The notes under the pieces are model-generated. The model ran no database searches, was not told the origin of the DNA, and saw nothing but the letters and a program-made list of their open reading frames with translations. This document shows positions 38,720 through 50,400 of a DNA stretch of 64,000 nt, one piece after another. Both the position numbers and the translations under genes were made by a program. This stretch comes from Squalus acanthias. Its lineage: Eukaryota. The stretch covers positions 38,876,001-38,940,000 of the forward strand of contig CM059432.1 of assembly GCA_030390025.1 (NCBI GenBank), in the 5' to 3' direction. Positions within the stretch are counted from its first letter, which is position 1; every line of letters begins with the position of its first letter.

Positions 38720-39132
38720 AGAGTGTGTTTTTCACATCCTAAGGCTGTCCCAAAGTGCTTCACAGTGAATTGCTTTGGAAGTGTAGTCACTGTTATTTTG
38801 TAGCAAACGTGGCAGCTAATTTGTGCATAGCAATATACTATAAACAGCAATAAGATAAATGACCAGTTAACCTGTTTTGTTGGTGTTGGCTGAGGGATAA
38901 ATGTTGGCAAGCCAACTTGCCTGCTTTTCCTCAAAAGTGCCATGGGATCTTTTGTGTCCACATAGTGCTGCAGTTTAACATCTCATCTGAAAATAGCATT
39001 TCTGACAATGCAGCACTTCCTCAGTACTCCACACATGTGTCAGCCTAGATTACATGCTCAAGCCCTGAATAGGTCTTGAACCCATGTCCTCTGACTCATA
39101 GGTGAGAGTGCTACCACTCTGCCAAGCTGACA
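38720..39132 (-). mobile_element. Deu-domain SINE with tRNA-like head; the tip of its tail lies at 36940-36959
   Basis: Reverse complement matches 57580-57987. Head with A/B-box-like motifs at 39075-39132. Confidence 0.8.
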
Positions 39133-40924
39133 CTTTTCTCCTTTTCTTTCTGATTAAGTTGATGGTGTACTAATCTTGTGCTGTCTGTAATCGGAATGTG
39201 AATCTGCCCCTAAATTATACTACCATTTTTGTGTCAATTCACTTCAAAAAGTACTTCATTGGCTGTAAAATGCTTTGGGACATCCTGAGGTCATGAAGGC
39301 ACTATATAAATGCAAGTACTTTCTTCTTTCTCTTTATTTCCAATAAATTTGTATAAGCAGTTTAGTTCAATACGTTGGTTCAGAAATATATCAGAACATT
39401 TATTGCATGACTTCTGACATGAAACAATTTATCTTTAGGTGCCATCTATATACAATGTTAATATGCTCTAAAAGATAACTTGGGACTAATTTTAGAAGAA
39501 AGAAAGCTTGACATTTTGGCAGTGGAATGGGTTTTCACTCTAGGGAGAGTGCAAGTGCACTCATTGCTGTGTTTCTTTCAATTGATATAGCGTTCCCCAA
39601 TGACTAAGAGTAATCTCCATTCATTCATAACAAGGAGGTCCCAACGTTACATATATAAAGGATTTATTCCCATTATTTTAGTGAAAAGCACGTTTGAAAG
39701 ATTCATTAGTCTTTAATTTCCCAAGAAGAGGGTCAATTACCTGACGTCAAACAACAAGTCAACAAATGTATTCAGCTGTATTCCAGAAACTTGTATTGTG
39801 TTATAAATAATACAAAAATGAAGAATTGCTGTATTTTATATCACTGTGAACCTGCTGACCATGACTAATTATTTTACCTGTACGATACGCTCCAGGTCAA
39901 GTTGATTCTGCTTTCTGGCTGTCTTATAGCTTACTTGGGCCAAAATTTCAGTTTTTGCTAATTTTATTAAATTGATGGTATGGGGGTTGTAGGTATAAAG
40001 TTCTAATGGACTATTCATCAATCTTTAGCACTTCTATGACTATTTCTATCTCTCCAAAAATTAGTTAACAGAAATAGCAAAACATTTGCAAAAGATTTCC
40101 ATTTTTGCACCTTACGGTTTTGTTAAAATGATTACTGTGGATGCTGTGCAGAATCCCGCAGCATCACAATCAAATCAGAAAGTGACAATGTTACTCTAGA
40201 TGACATGGCATTAGTGAACTTAATGAAGGAGAAGATTTTGAGGTATCGAGCAGCCATTGGTAGAAGCCTAGGAGTGATTCACTCCATTGGCCAGAAATGA
40301 GATATAATGTATACTCTGAGGTAAGAGTTAAATAAAATGATTGTGCTGACTAGTAAATCGATGGCTGTTCCAATCTACTCTAAAAGCAACAGGGATCATC
40401 ACCAGTTAATTATGGGGACTTGATCCACATCCAAATATAATGCATTTTTATAGCTGTCACTGAATTAGCTCTGTGGCTCAATCAGAACTCCCAAATTGTA
40501 AAAATATTATTTATAATATAGTTCAGCATTTCCCTATGAAATGCAATCAATACGAATTCTGAGAGCAATTTCATTACTTCCATTTTCAATGGTCACAATT
40601 CACAGCAAATTCAATTGCCTGATTCTAAAAGGAATGAACTTTAGCCTCCAGTGAGAGGAAGTTTTTAATTATGTCCCATAAAATACAATCAGATGTGTTT
40701 TGAGGTTGAGCTGCATGTTTACATTCATGGAGAGATGGGTAGACATACTATTAGCAGTAGAAGATTACTCTCCCTGCTTTTGGAGAGTAGATTTTTAAAG
40801 TCAATTGCAGCATATGATCCAAGTACTCAACTTGGAGGCTTCCTTTCACATAATATTGTGCATATCATAGTTGATAATTGGAGGTAGAAACCTGAGCTTG
40901 ATTGCATTTCAAAGCTGACCTTGA

Positions 40925-41620
40925 AAAGTGCTGGAAATAAACAATAGGTTCAGCAGCATCTGAAAAAAAAGACAAGTTAACATTTTAATAGAGGCTCTTT
41001 ATGAGGCCGAAAAATGAAGCCCTATTAAAGGACTGATAAAAACAAAGGGGGTGGGTGAACGACAGGTAAAGGCCGCAGATCAAATTTGCTGAATACTACT
41101 ACAAAGAAGCAGCCAATGAGGTTAATAGCCTGTGAACAAATTCCTTCCACAACACCCTTGTTCACTTTTCTTTCACTCCCACCCCCACCCCATGACTGCT
41201 CCTCCCCAGGCACTTTCTCATCCAGCCATCGCAGCTGCAACACCTGTCCATGCATTTCTTCCCAGACAACTGTCCAAGGCCCAAACAATTTCTGCAAGAG
41301 ACAGTGATTTACATCTACTTCCTCCAATCTAATACACTGCTCATGGCACAATGTGCCCTACATTGGGGAGACCAAGTGCAGACTGGGAGACAGCTTTGCC
41401 AGTCATCTCTGTTTTATCTGTAAGCATGACTTCTCTATTCTTTGGCACTTCATGTCCCCCTCACATTCCCACTCTAACATTTTCATCTTTGACCTCCTAC
41501 ACTGTTCAAACCAAGCTCAATGCAAACTCAGCAACAGCCTCCCATCTTTTTCCTTGGCAGTCTGAAGCATTCTAGCCTGAATACTGACTTTAATTATTTC
41601 AGATCTTAGCCGTCTTGCCC
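40925..41620 (+). mobile_element. Penelope-like element remnant: inverted pLTR piece plus GIY-YIG endonuclease fragment
   Basis: PGTF..RSCNTCPCI..TVQGP followed by YIGETKCRLGDSFASHL (41356-41410). Inverted pLTR-like sequence at 40928-40985. Confidence 0.8.
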
Positions 41621-44419
41621 ATTTTCCAGCTGGTTTCTCCCATTCACATTCTACTTCACTTCTTCCTATTTTAGATGTGTTTTACTCCCCCTCTGTCTTT
41701 CTAATGCCTTACACTGCTTGTTTCTACTGTACATAAAAATTGTGCAGATGACACATATACTGGACATTTGACAAACGAGACAACAACATTGATAATGGAA
41801 TGCTTATGTCACCGTACACAATGTCAAGATCCCTTGTTTTTTAATGAAAGATAAGTTAATTTATTGCATAGTATTTTGGTATGCAGCAAGGTTATCTGTA
41901 CTGGTTGGTTTTCAGATGCATACAATTTAAAATACATACAGCACTCAGTCTAAAATTTGTTGTGCAAATATGGATGCTATATATAAATAGTGCAAACTTC
42001 TGGCACCATATCCAAGCAACATTTCCATTAACATTAATTCTTGACAATTTGAAGATGGCTAATAATTGGAAATCAGATTGTCACATTATGGTATCATATA
42101 CACAAGTGATGGATATTTACTGCAGATGAATAAAGTCAGCAGCAAAAATAAACCCCACCCATTTAATTAGTAGAATAACAAGAAATTGCCAATGCTGTTT
42201 GCATCAAACACTTGGTGGCTTTATATTTCACTTAAATCAAAAAAACAAAAATCAAAATGTAACACAATAAATCAAAAACGTTTAACCCTATTATGATGTC
42301 AAAACTATTACCAGTGTCAAAAATGGTTGCCTTTATCTGTACTGGGCTTCAAACCATTCTTGTGGAGGAAAGTCAGCATTGTCACTTTATAGTCTGAATA
42401 TATGCAATGCCTTGGGACTGTTTTCAATTGTTCTTCAGCCACTTTCTCCTATATTTTCACGCTCCACAACTAGATGGACAAAGTACTAGACGTATTAAAG
42501 GATCACTATTACTGATATGTCATGATTACCTGTTCTTTGTATCACGAATGAAGCGGTGTTCAAAAACAGAAGTTCCTGCAATTTATTTAGTGGCTTTTAT
42601 TTTGACAAAGAAACAAGTACCTTTATTTCTAAAGGAATTTTGGGCAACAGCGGATATATTTTCCTTAAGATCAACATTCCTCCTTTCTTTACAAATGCTG
42701 CCTGACGGGCTGGTTATTTCCAGTATCTTCTGTTTTGATTCTATCTTTTCTTCTGTGTATTAATGTTCGTGGAAAGGTAGATGTAAAGCATATTTGCTGT
42801 TTCACTAAAATGAGTGAACGGGGAAAATATACAGCCTAATCCCGATAATTTGGGCCGTTTTTTGCACAAAAACAATTGAATTATCCACTAATTTATGTTA
42901 GACAACATAATAGCACAGCAAAATGGAAATTTAGTGCCAAAAGTTAAATGATCAGATAATAATAAATAAGGGTCTTTGAATAAAGTGTAGACCGTATCCC
43001 TGCTAAATAGACTGTGATAGTTGTCTATACCCTTATTTCTACAGGAGTAAATCAAAATCTTCTTTAAGGATGAGTTGCAGCAATCTGCGACCTGCACGCT
43101 AATTATTATCGAGGATCAATTGAAATTAGCTAAAATACAAATTTACAACAATAATAAATTCTCCATTGTTTTCAGTGTTAATTCTGTGTATCCAGATGTT
43201 ATATCAGCACCAGAGTCGAATTTTAAATGCACGATCGGGCAATGGCACATCATTGTATTCAGTTACAGTATATTTGATGCACTACTGCTTAGTACTGCCA
43301 CCAGATGGGGGAATCGTTTAATGTTTTAGGCACTGTCAACTTTACCTACACACGCAACAACCTAGAATTGAGTCATGCCACTGAGTGTGCAGTGGTCAGC
43401 TGGACAGTATTAGAGGAAACATAAGCTTGGTAATAATGAATAACATAATGTGCGAACCTTCCGACTACAGCATATAACTGCTGCTTTATCTTCGTAATTT
43501 ACATTTGTACCAAAGTATTTTAGATATTTTCTAGAACAATGAAATAGATATCAATGAAAACAGTTTAGATAGAAAACCTAAAAAACACAAATAGTTCGAA
43601 ATGTATTTACAGTAAAATATTAGTGACTGCAAATCATACTTCATTTAGCAATAAGCGCTTTTCATTTTATAGAAACTGAATTTATGTTTGATTTCCTACC
43701 ATTATTATATTTGTCCATACACGTATAGAATAGTCTTGCACTGACAGGATACATAAATTATTTTGCTATTCGCCTTTAAACTCAAATTCCGAAGATCACG
43801 TTCTTGTAATGCACCTGTACGTAACACTAATCATATGTAATTTTAGATTTACACTGGGGAACATCTCATTGTGGAGGTAAACATACACCATCCTTCAAAT
43901 AGATGACCATCTTTTCAGCATAAGACTGTCGGCGTCTACCTGTCAGCTTATTATTTGCCCGTGGAGTATTTTTGGTAAATACATATTTTACAGCGCAAAA
44001 AAAATTGTGTGTGATGTTATATGGAAAATTGACTTCGTTTTCGTCCTGTGTTTATTCTGCTAGCACGCTTTAAAACAATCTGACAAGTGCATTCTTTTAT
44101 TTTATTATTATTTCCTACATTGCAACAGTGACTACACTTAAAAAAAAGTACTTCACTGGCTGTAAAGTGCTTTGGGACGACCGGTGGTCGTGAAAGGCGC
44201 TATATACATGCAAGCCGTACTTTTTTTAATACTCAGATTGGTAACATTTCCCTGGAAGAATGGACATGGTCTGTTCTGATTGTGAGCTAGGGAGCCGGTG
44301 AATGTTTGGGTGGAGCATAAACAAAAACACTATCTGAAATTGCTCCGTGCTACAATAAAATAAGTTTTATTCCACGAACAAACTCTTCAGCAGAGCATGT
44401 AACTTTGAATGTTGGATTC

Positions 44420-44731
44420 TTGTGGCGAGCCCCGTTAGCCGCCCCGCGGCCTCCCCTCCTTTCCACATTTCCCCCCTCCCCCTGGCGGCGGGGGGAGGGC
44501 AGTGCGCGCCCAGTGCCGCCGCTCGACCAATCAGGGAGCGCGCGGGTCGGGCGTGCGTGCGTGCGTGAGTGGGCGGGCCGGCGCGCGGCGTCAGGGCAGT
44601 GGGTGCCGGGCGGGCGGCGGGCGGGCCGGCGCGCAGCTCTCACGGCCAAGCGCTTGCGGGGAGTTTTTTTTTAGCTTAAGCGAGACGTGCCCGAGCGGAG
44701 CGGTTTAAATTCCATTCGGGACTCATTCGGG
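44420..44731 (+). promoter_or_regulatory. CpG-island promoter / 5' UTR of GDF6
   Basis: Very high GC and CpG content. CCAAT box GACCAATCAG at 44525-44534 and several GGGCGG boxes directly upstream of the ATG. Confidence 0.85.
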
Positions 44732-45110
44732 ATGGATCCGCTCCGAGCCGCTGCCCTCTTCCTCTGCTCGGTCACCTGCTGCTGGTGGGATTTACAGTGC
44801 GTGGAGCCGGCAGCTCTCTCCCTCGCTCCTGCTGCTGTTGCTGCTGCTGCTGCTCCCAGTGCCGGCTCCTCCGGGACAGCGTTCGGCCGAGCGGGGCTCC
44901 AAAAGGATGGCAAAGGGCGAAAGCTGCTGATTAAAGAGAGCGGTCAGCGGGCTGGCAGAGGCCGGCGGGCCGACACTGTGATCCCTCACCAGTTCATGAT
45001 GTCGGTATACAGGACTTACTCGGCAGCCGAGAAACTTGGAATAAACGCCAGTCTCTTCCGCGCAACAAAGTCTGCCAACACGATCACAAGTTTCGTGGAC
45101 AGAGCAGAAG
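44732..45110 (+). CDS. GDF6: Growth differentiation factor 6 (BMP13), coding exon 1
   Basis: Signal peptide [20 protein letters not shown]. Prodomain motifs [25 protein letters not shown] and [12 protein letters not shown]. Donor G|GTTGGT, phase 1. Confidence 0.93.
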
Positions 45111-45902
45111 GTTGGTCCTGACCCACAAATCCGTTCCTTTTAACGCTACCGTTTTATACCGAGTCATGTGTTCGTTTTCTTTCCCCTCTCATGACCCCAT
45201 TTATTTTCTTTGTGCATTTTCAGATCGAAAATTAATGCCGTTTTCTGTTTTTTTAAGGGCAGATTCGGCCTGTAGCAATCTGTGCCAATTTGTTGAAACG
45301 GGTTGTAATGTTATGGACAGTTGGCATCGAGTCCTGGTTGCTAATCACGAAACAGAACGATTGCTGGCAATTTCTTGGAGTTTTATTTTTGTAAAATTAA
45401 ATAAGAGGGCAAGAATGTTATAAAGTTGTAGGGGTTACTTCAGAAACAATAGGGGGCACTTACTGCATACTGTGCCGTTTAAACAAGCAACATATATAAC
45501 ATTCCCCCTATAAACGTCATATTGTCTTCGATTTAATATAATATGGGGTCACTTGTAAGTATCCTGATTTTAAAATATTTCAAAAAAATACTTTAATACT
45601 CCGCCTTAAAGCAAACAGAGCTCAAAGCAGCTGAACAGAAACATTTGCTGGACCCAGCACTATCTTATCAGTAAAGTTGCGTTATCAGTATTACCTGCTC
45701 TGCCATACGCATTGTGGGAGTTGATGTACTTTTTCTCAGCACTTACTGCTCCATTCTGTAAATGCTAGGCAAAATATTAAAACGAGGTTGGTCCAAAATA
45801 TGGACTTCCATTATGGGGATCCGGAAAGATCACTTTGATCTCAGCTTTCGTTAAAATGACATTTTCCACTTCGAACTGAAACCTGTGCATTGATCTTTTC
45901 AC

Positions 45903-47472
45903 AAAAGGAGCAGCTACTTGCTGCACTTGAAGGAGACGATTCAACGCGTAAGTTTACGTTGTTAAAGGAATATGGTGTAAATAAACTTAATATTTTTAAA
46001 AAGCTGATTACTGGATATAATTATTAAAAAGCTGTCGGATCTGAGCAGGCTTGTCATCGGTTTACAGTTAACGGCACATTTCTCAATATGTCGAAACCAC
46101 ACCTCCTGTACATGCCAGGCAGGAGCGCAAGTTTATTTCCTTCCGATCTAGTTCAATCAAGAAATGTTTTGAGCCTATGTTGACATTTACTTGTGACTAA
46201 TAACATGCTAATTGATGTTAGGTCTTAATGACGGTTGTAAATTCTGTCCCTGCCCTGTTATCCGTAAACTAGAACCTCTTTTACAACAACCTGTCTGATT
46301 TTAGTGCTAAACTGCAGCAAACCACGGATAACCTCACCAGATTTCATTTAAATCAGCGGGACTGATTGGCTCTAGAAAAGGGATGATGTAAATCACCTTA
46401 ATTTATTTCATGTTGATCTTTATTTTTGTGTGCCCGCCTTGAGGGGGGGGGGGGGGGGGAGAGACAGGCACATGGCCCTTAAGATTTTGGATGTGGGTTA
46501 GCCTGCAGCTCCATTCACAAGTTCCTTCTGTTGTTAACTGGAGACGAGCGTACGTACCTGTGTGGTCAGGTTACCCGACCTGTTTCGCAATAAGACAAAA
46601 CTGTACCCCGGAGTAACGGTAAGCATCCTGGGATGACACGTTATTTGAAATGAAGTACTTGTTAATCTATTTGAGCACCTTAACAGAAGTCTGAAGCCAC
46701 CTTGAAGAGTTCATGGATCACGACACTTATTTATGAGGGTTTAAGAAGACACGTTTTATTGACGTTATAACACTTATTTTCAAACATCCCTGATCAAATC
46801 AAGAAAATAGCGACTTTTTTTTTAGAAACAAATGCTCCATCCGTGTTGTGTGATTACGAAAGTGACAGAATCTGATTTGCTAGCAGCGTTTAGCAGCGAA
46901 CAGTAAATGACATGGATCAGCGGAGTAACCAGGACACTGCCGTCTGATAAAAACAGAAAATGCACTCGAATAGCATCTGAAAGAAATATAAGCCAACAGT
47001 TGGGGTGTTACTGATAGACCAAGGCTGAAACATGATCGATATCTTGGTTTTGGGAGGAGAAGACAGAAAACAAGTTTTAAGATTGCAATTTTAAAAATAT
47101 AGGCAGATTTGTCAGATCCAGCATTGTTCTACTTCATCTTGCACGGTTAGTTTTTAAACATTGCTGAAAGGTTAACGTCAAGTAAATGTCAACATAGGCT
47201 CAAAACATTTCTTGATTGAACTAGATCGGAAGGAAATAAACTTGCGCTCCTGCCTGGCATGTACAGGAGCTGTGGTTTCGACATATTGAGAAATGTGCCG
47301 TTAACTGTAAACCGATTACAAGCCTGCGCAGACCCGACAGCTTTTTAATAATTATATCCAGTAATCAGCGTTTAAAAAATATTAGGTTTATTTACACTAA
47401 ATTCCTTTAGCGCCATAAGCGTAATACCTGCTGAACCGTCTGCTTCAAGTGCAGGGAGTAGCTGCTCCTTTT
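45903..47472. repeat. Long intronic inverted repeat: arms 45903-46193 and 47179-47472, spacer 985 bp
   Basis: Manual reverse-complement alignment: innermost 91 nt identical, 1 mismatch in 138 nt, 4 in 191 nt, outer third degenerate. Confidence 0.95.
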
Positions 47473-50400
47473 ACTGCAGACTAGGGCCCAACTTGGTGAC
47501 ATTTTTTTCGGCTCGGGCCTGTTTTTTGTGAACTGAGCCAGTGGCTGGAGTAAGAGCCTCAGTCTCCTCGATGATGTGATTTAATGTGTCACCGCTGTGA
47601 CCCTGCGCTGGACCTTCTGAGGGTTGCTTAGCATAAAGACAGTGATTTGAGTATTTGAACTCAATGATCTAATTGAGTGTTCATGTCACAACATATCAAA
47701 TATTGTCTGTTCTCCCATAATGAACTGGCCCAGCCAATGGCACATCACCAAATCTCAACAGAACTTCCGTTCCTCTGAAGTGGTTATTTCTTTTACTGCC
47801 CACCACCCTCCGCGATCGCTACTTTGCGAGGCATTAATTGCTGGATGTGAATTCCGCTGCTCCCTGGAACTTAGCAGACTTTTAGCAACTGATCAGTTTC
47901 TTTAACAAAAACAACACATTCAGCGCAGTTTCTAACCGGCCGCTTTGTTCTAACCAGTAACTCCCAGCATCAGTTCGATTCTTTACAAAATCAGTTAATA
48001 GACTAGAGGGCATTTTAAAAAAAACAGACAGCAAAGCACAAGGCTAGAGAAGTATGCGAATTTCATCGTTCGTTACGGTCGCAAGATCAGACAAGAACTA
48101 GTTGAATGTAGCAAAATTACTTTTGGCACATGAAGTAACTCATTAAAACGCAGATGGTGCGCGCTGGCCTCGGGACCCCCAGCATTAGAGCTTGCAGAGT
48201 AAAACATGACAATTAGGGGAAGGAATTAAAGAAAATACGACAGGTTTACTAGCAGCATCTAAAGCTGAAAGAATTTTTTTTTTGTTAATCAAAGGATGAT
48301 TTTCTTAGTCTCATTACAGCACCCGTGGTGCCCTCGTGATAACTATACTGTATACCCGTGTGTTATTGTGTGTATATAGTACATAAAATATGAAATCTGC
48401 TGTTGCATTTTCGAAACAGAATGATTTTGTTTTAGCCACAGCTGCCTGTTTGGGGTTAAAGACATCATTAGTTGGATTTAAAATCTTTTATTTGCTCCAG
48501 GTTTTCGTTTCCAGTGTGACATGGACGGTAAAGCCGAATGTAATGCAACACTGGGAAACGACAAAAGGCTGGAACATAGAATACTTTTCACAACCTGTGA
48601 CGTTATATTTGAACCATAAGAGCGAACCTCTCTTTCTAACCAGCTACATAGGATTGGGTAGAACTGAACGCAGAGACAGACTGTTGTCTTTATAAACTTT
48701 AAGACGTAGGGGAAATGAAATATAAGTAGGGAAGTATTTTAATGGATGAAGAGGGAATTGGAAACTGTTAATTATTTGGTGACCTTGTATTCGATTTGTT
48801 TGAGACCCATATAAAAACACTAATGTGGAACAGACGCTTAAAGTAACTGCCCAAACAGAAGGTTCCAATCTAAGTTTAATATTACACCGTGTTCAGGGAA
48901 AGTGAAGGGAGAAGGGATATCAAAACGATTAGTGGGATAAGCAGAGGAACACGTTCTCTGACCAAGTCGAAACGTGAACCTTAGGTAAGAAAGGCGCTGA
49001 ACGTACTTGTGTAAATATTTTAGAGGTGTGTTTTATGGAAACGCTGCTGATATGTAATTGGGTTCAACGGAAGAAGCTTAATGCTCGACGAAAGATTAAT
49101 AGGTGACTTTCTTCGTGGTCGCTTTCTTTTCAAACTCGCATTTACCGGGTGTAATTTGAATGCATTTGTTTTACGGTCGGTATCAGTTTGGAACAAGGGA
49201 TTGTAACATTAATCTCGTTGAAACAATTTCCGATGTTCCAGAAGAAACCTGACAGTCGGAAGGCAAATGATTCCATTTCCCATCCTCATAAACTCCTTAA
49301 CACAAGTAAGATGCCCGCGTTTAACTTGCGTTAAAATAAATAACGATTAACTGTTAGAACTGAATCTTTGTTCATCCCGTTGTTGTTCAACACCATTCAC
49401 TTTTTTGACACTCCCGGACAAGAATCGATGTTGGCACAGTGCAAATTGATTTCTGTTTTAAATTAGTCCGCTTCCTTACTGGATATACAGTAATGCAAGA
49501 AGAGACCAGCGCCAACCTCAAGAAGAAGAAAACCCATTTCAGCGCTGCATGCTATACTAAGCGCATTTGAACGCATCTAGAATGACACGAAGTGGTGCAC
49601 ACATACGGATAGCATGAGATGCAGGGAAACAGATTGGTAGCTGGTAGACTTGTGGAAACACAGGAGAGATGACCAAGATATAGGCAGAGCGAAGCAAGTA
49701 GACAGGGCAATAAATTAGAGCAAAACATTTTTAGTATCACTATTAATTTAGCTGTAGTGAAAAGCACATTTAAACGTTTACAGGCGATTGACTGCGCTCC
49801 ATGATTGGAAAGTAAATCTTGCCCTCCAGCCCATGACAGTAGTCGCGAATTGACTCGACAAAGGGAAGTGTCGCGCGTCTTGCCCGCTGCATTTCTGTTT
49901 GAGTAGACTTTTTGGGGATTTGAATTCCGTGTTTTTTTCCCCTTCAAAACATGACAAAAGAAGGCCAGATAAGATCGCGAGCAGCAGACTGGAATATGGA
50001 GCACTTGTCTCCACCGCTTTGTCATCCTATTAGGAGTTGTGGCTGGGATTAAAGGCAGCAGTAGGCGAGTGGAGAGGGTGACAGCAGGCACAGGACTTAT
50101 TCTTCCATAAAATGGCAATGTTGCACCTTTGACATTAGTCGTTTGGTTGGCCCTACCCACACGAGTATTAAATCTATAAACATCAAGGTACCAAACCCCC
50201 ACCCTGCCCAATTTGCAGCCATTATAATAGTGTTCCCAGCAGCTCGTCACGTTTAAATCTATATAAAAAATCCTAAATGTAGTTGCCATGTTTCCCGTGG
50301 GTTCTTGAAAATTCTCCGTATGTCTTTTGAGTTGCGGGAATATTGGTGAACAATGTAACATATTAATGTCTATGAAGTATTTTAAAACGACCCTTTCTGG

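Noticed and set aside
44687..44731. Upstream GTG start extending GDF6, and the ORF-track start at 53957
   Set aside because: The ATG at 44732 begins the signal peptide. 53957-54005 is the intronic polypyrimidine tract.
49552..50361. 269-aa antisense ORF inside the GDF6 intron
   Set aside because: No recognisable domain, a non-ATG start and random-looking composition. Most likely a chance ORF.
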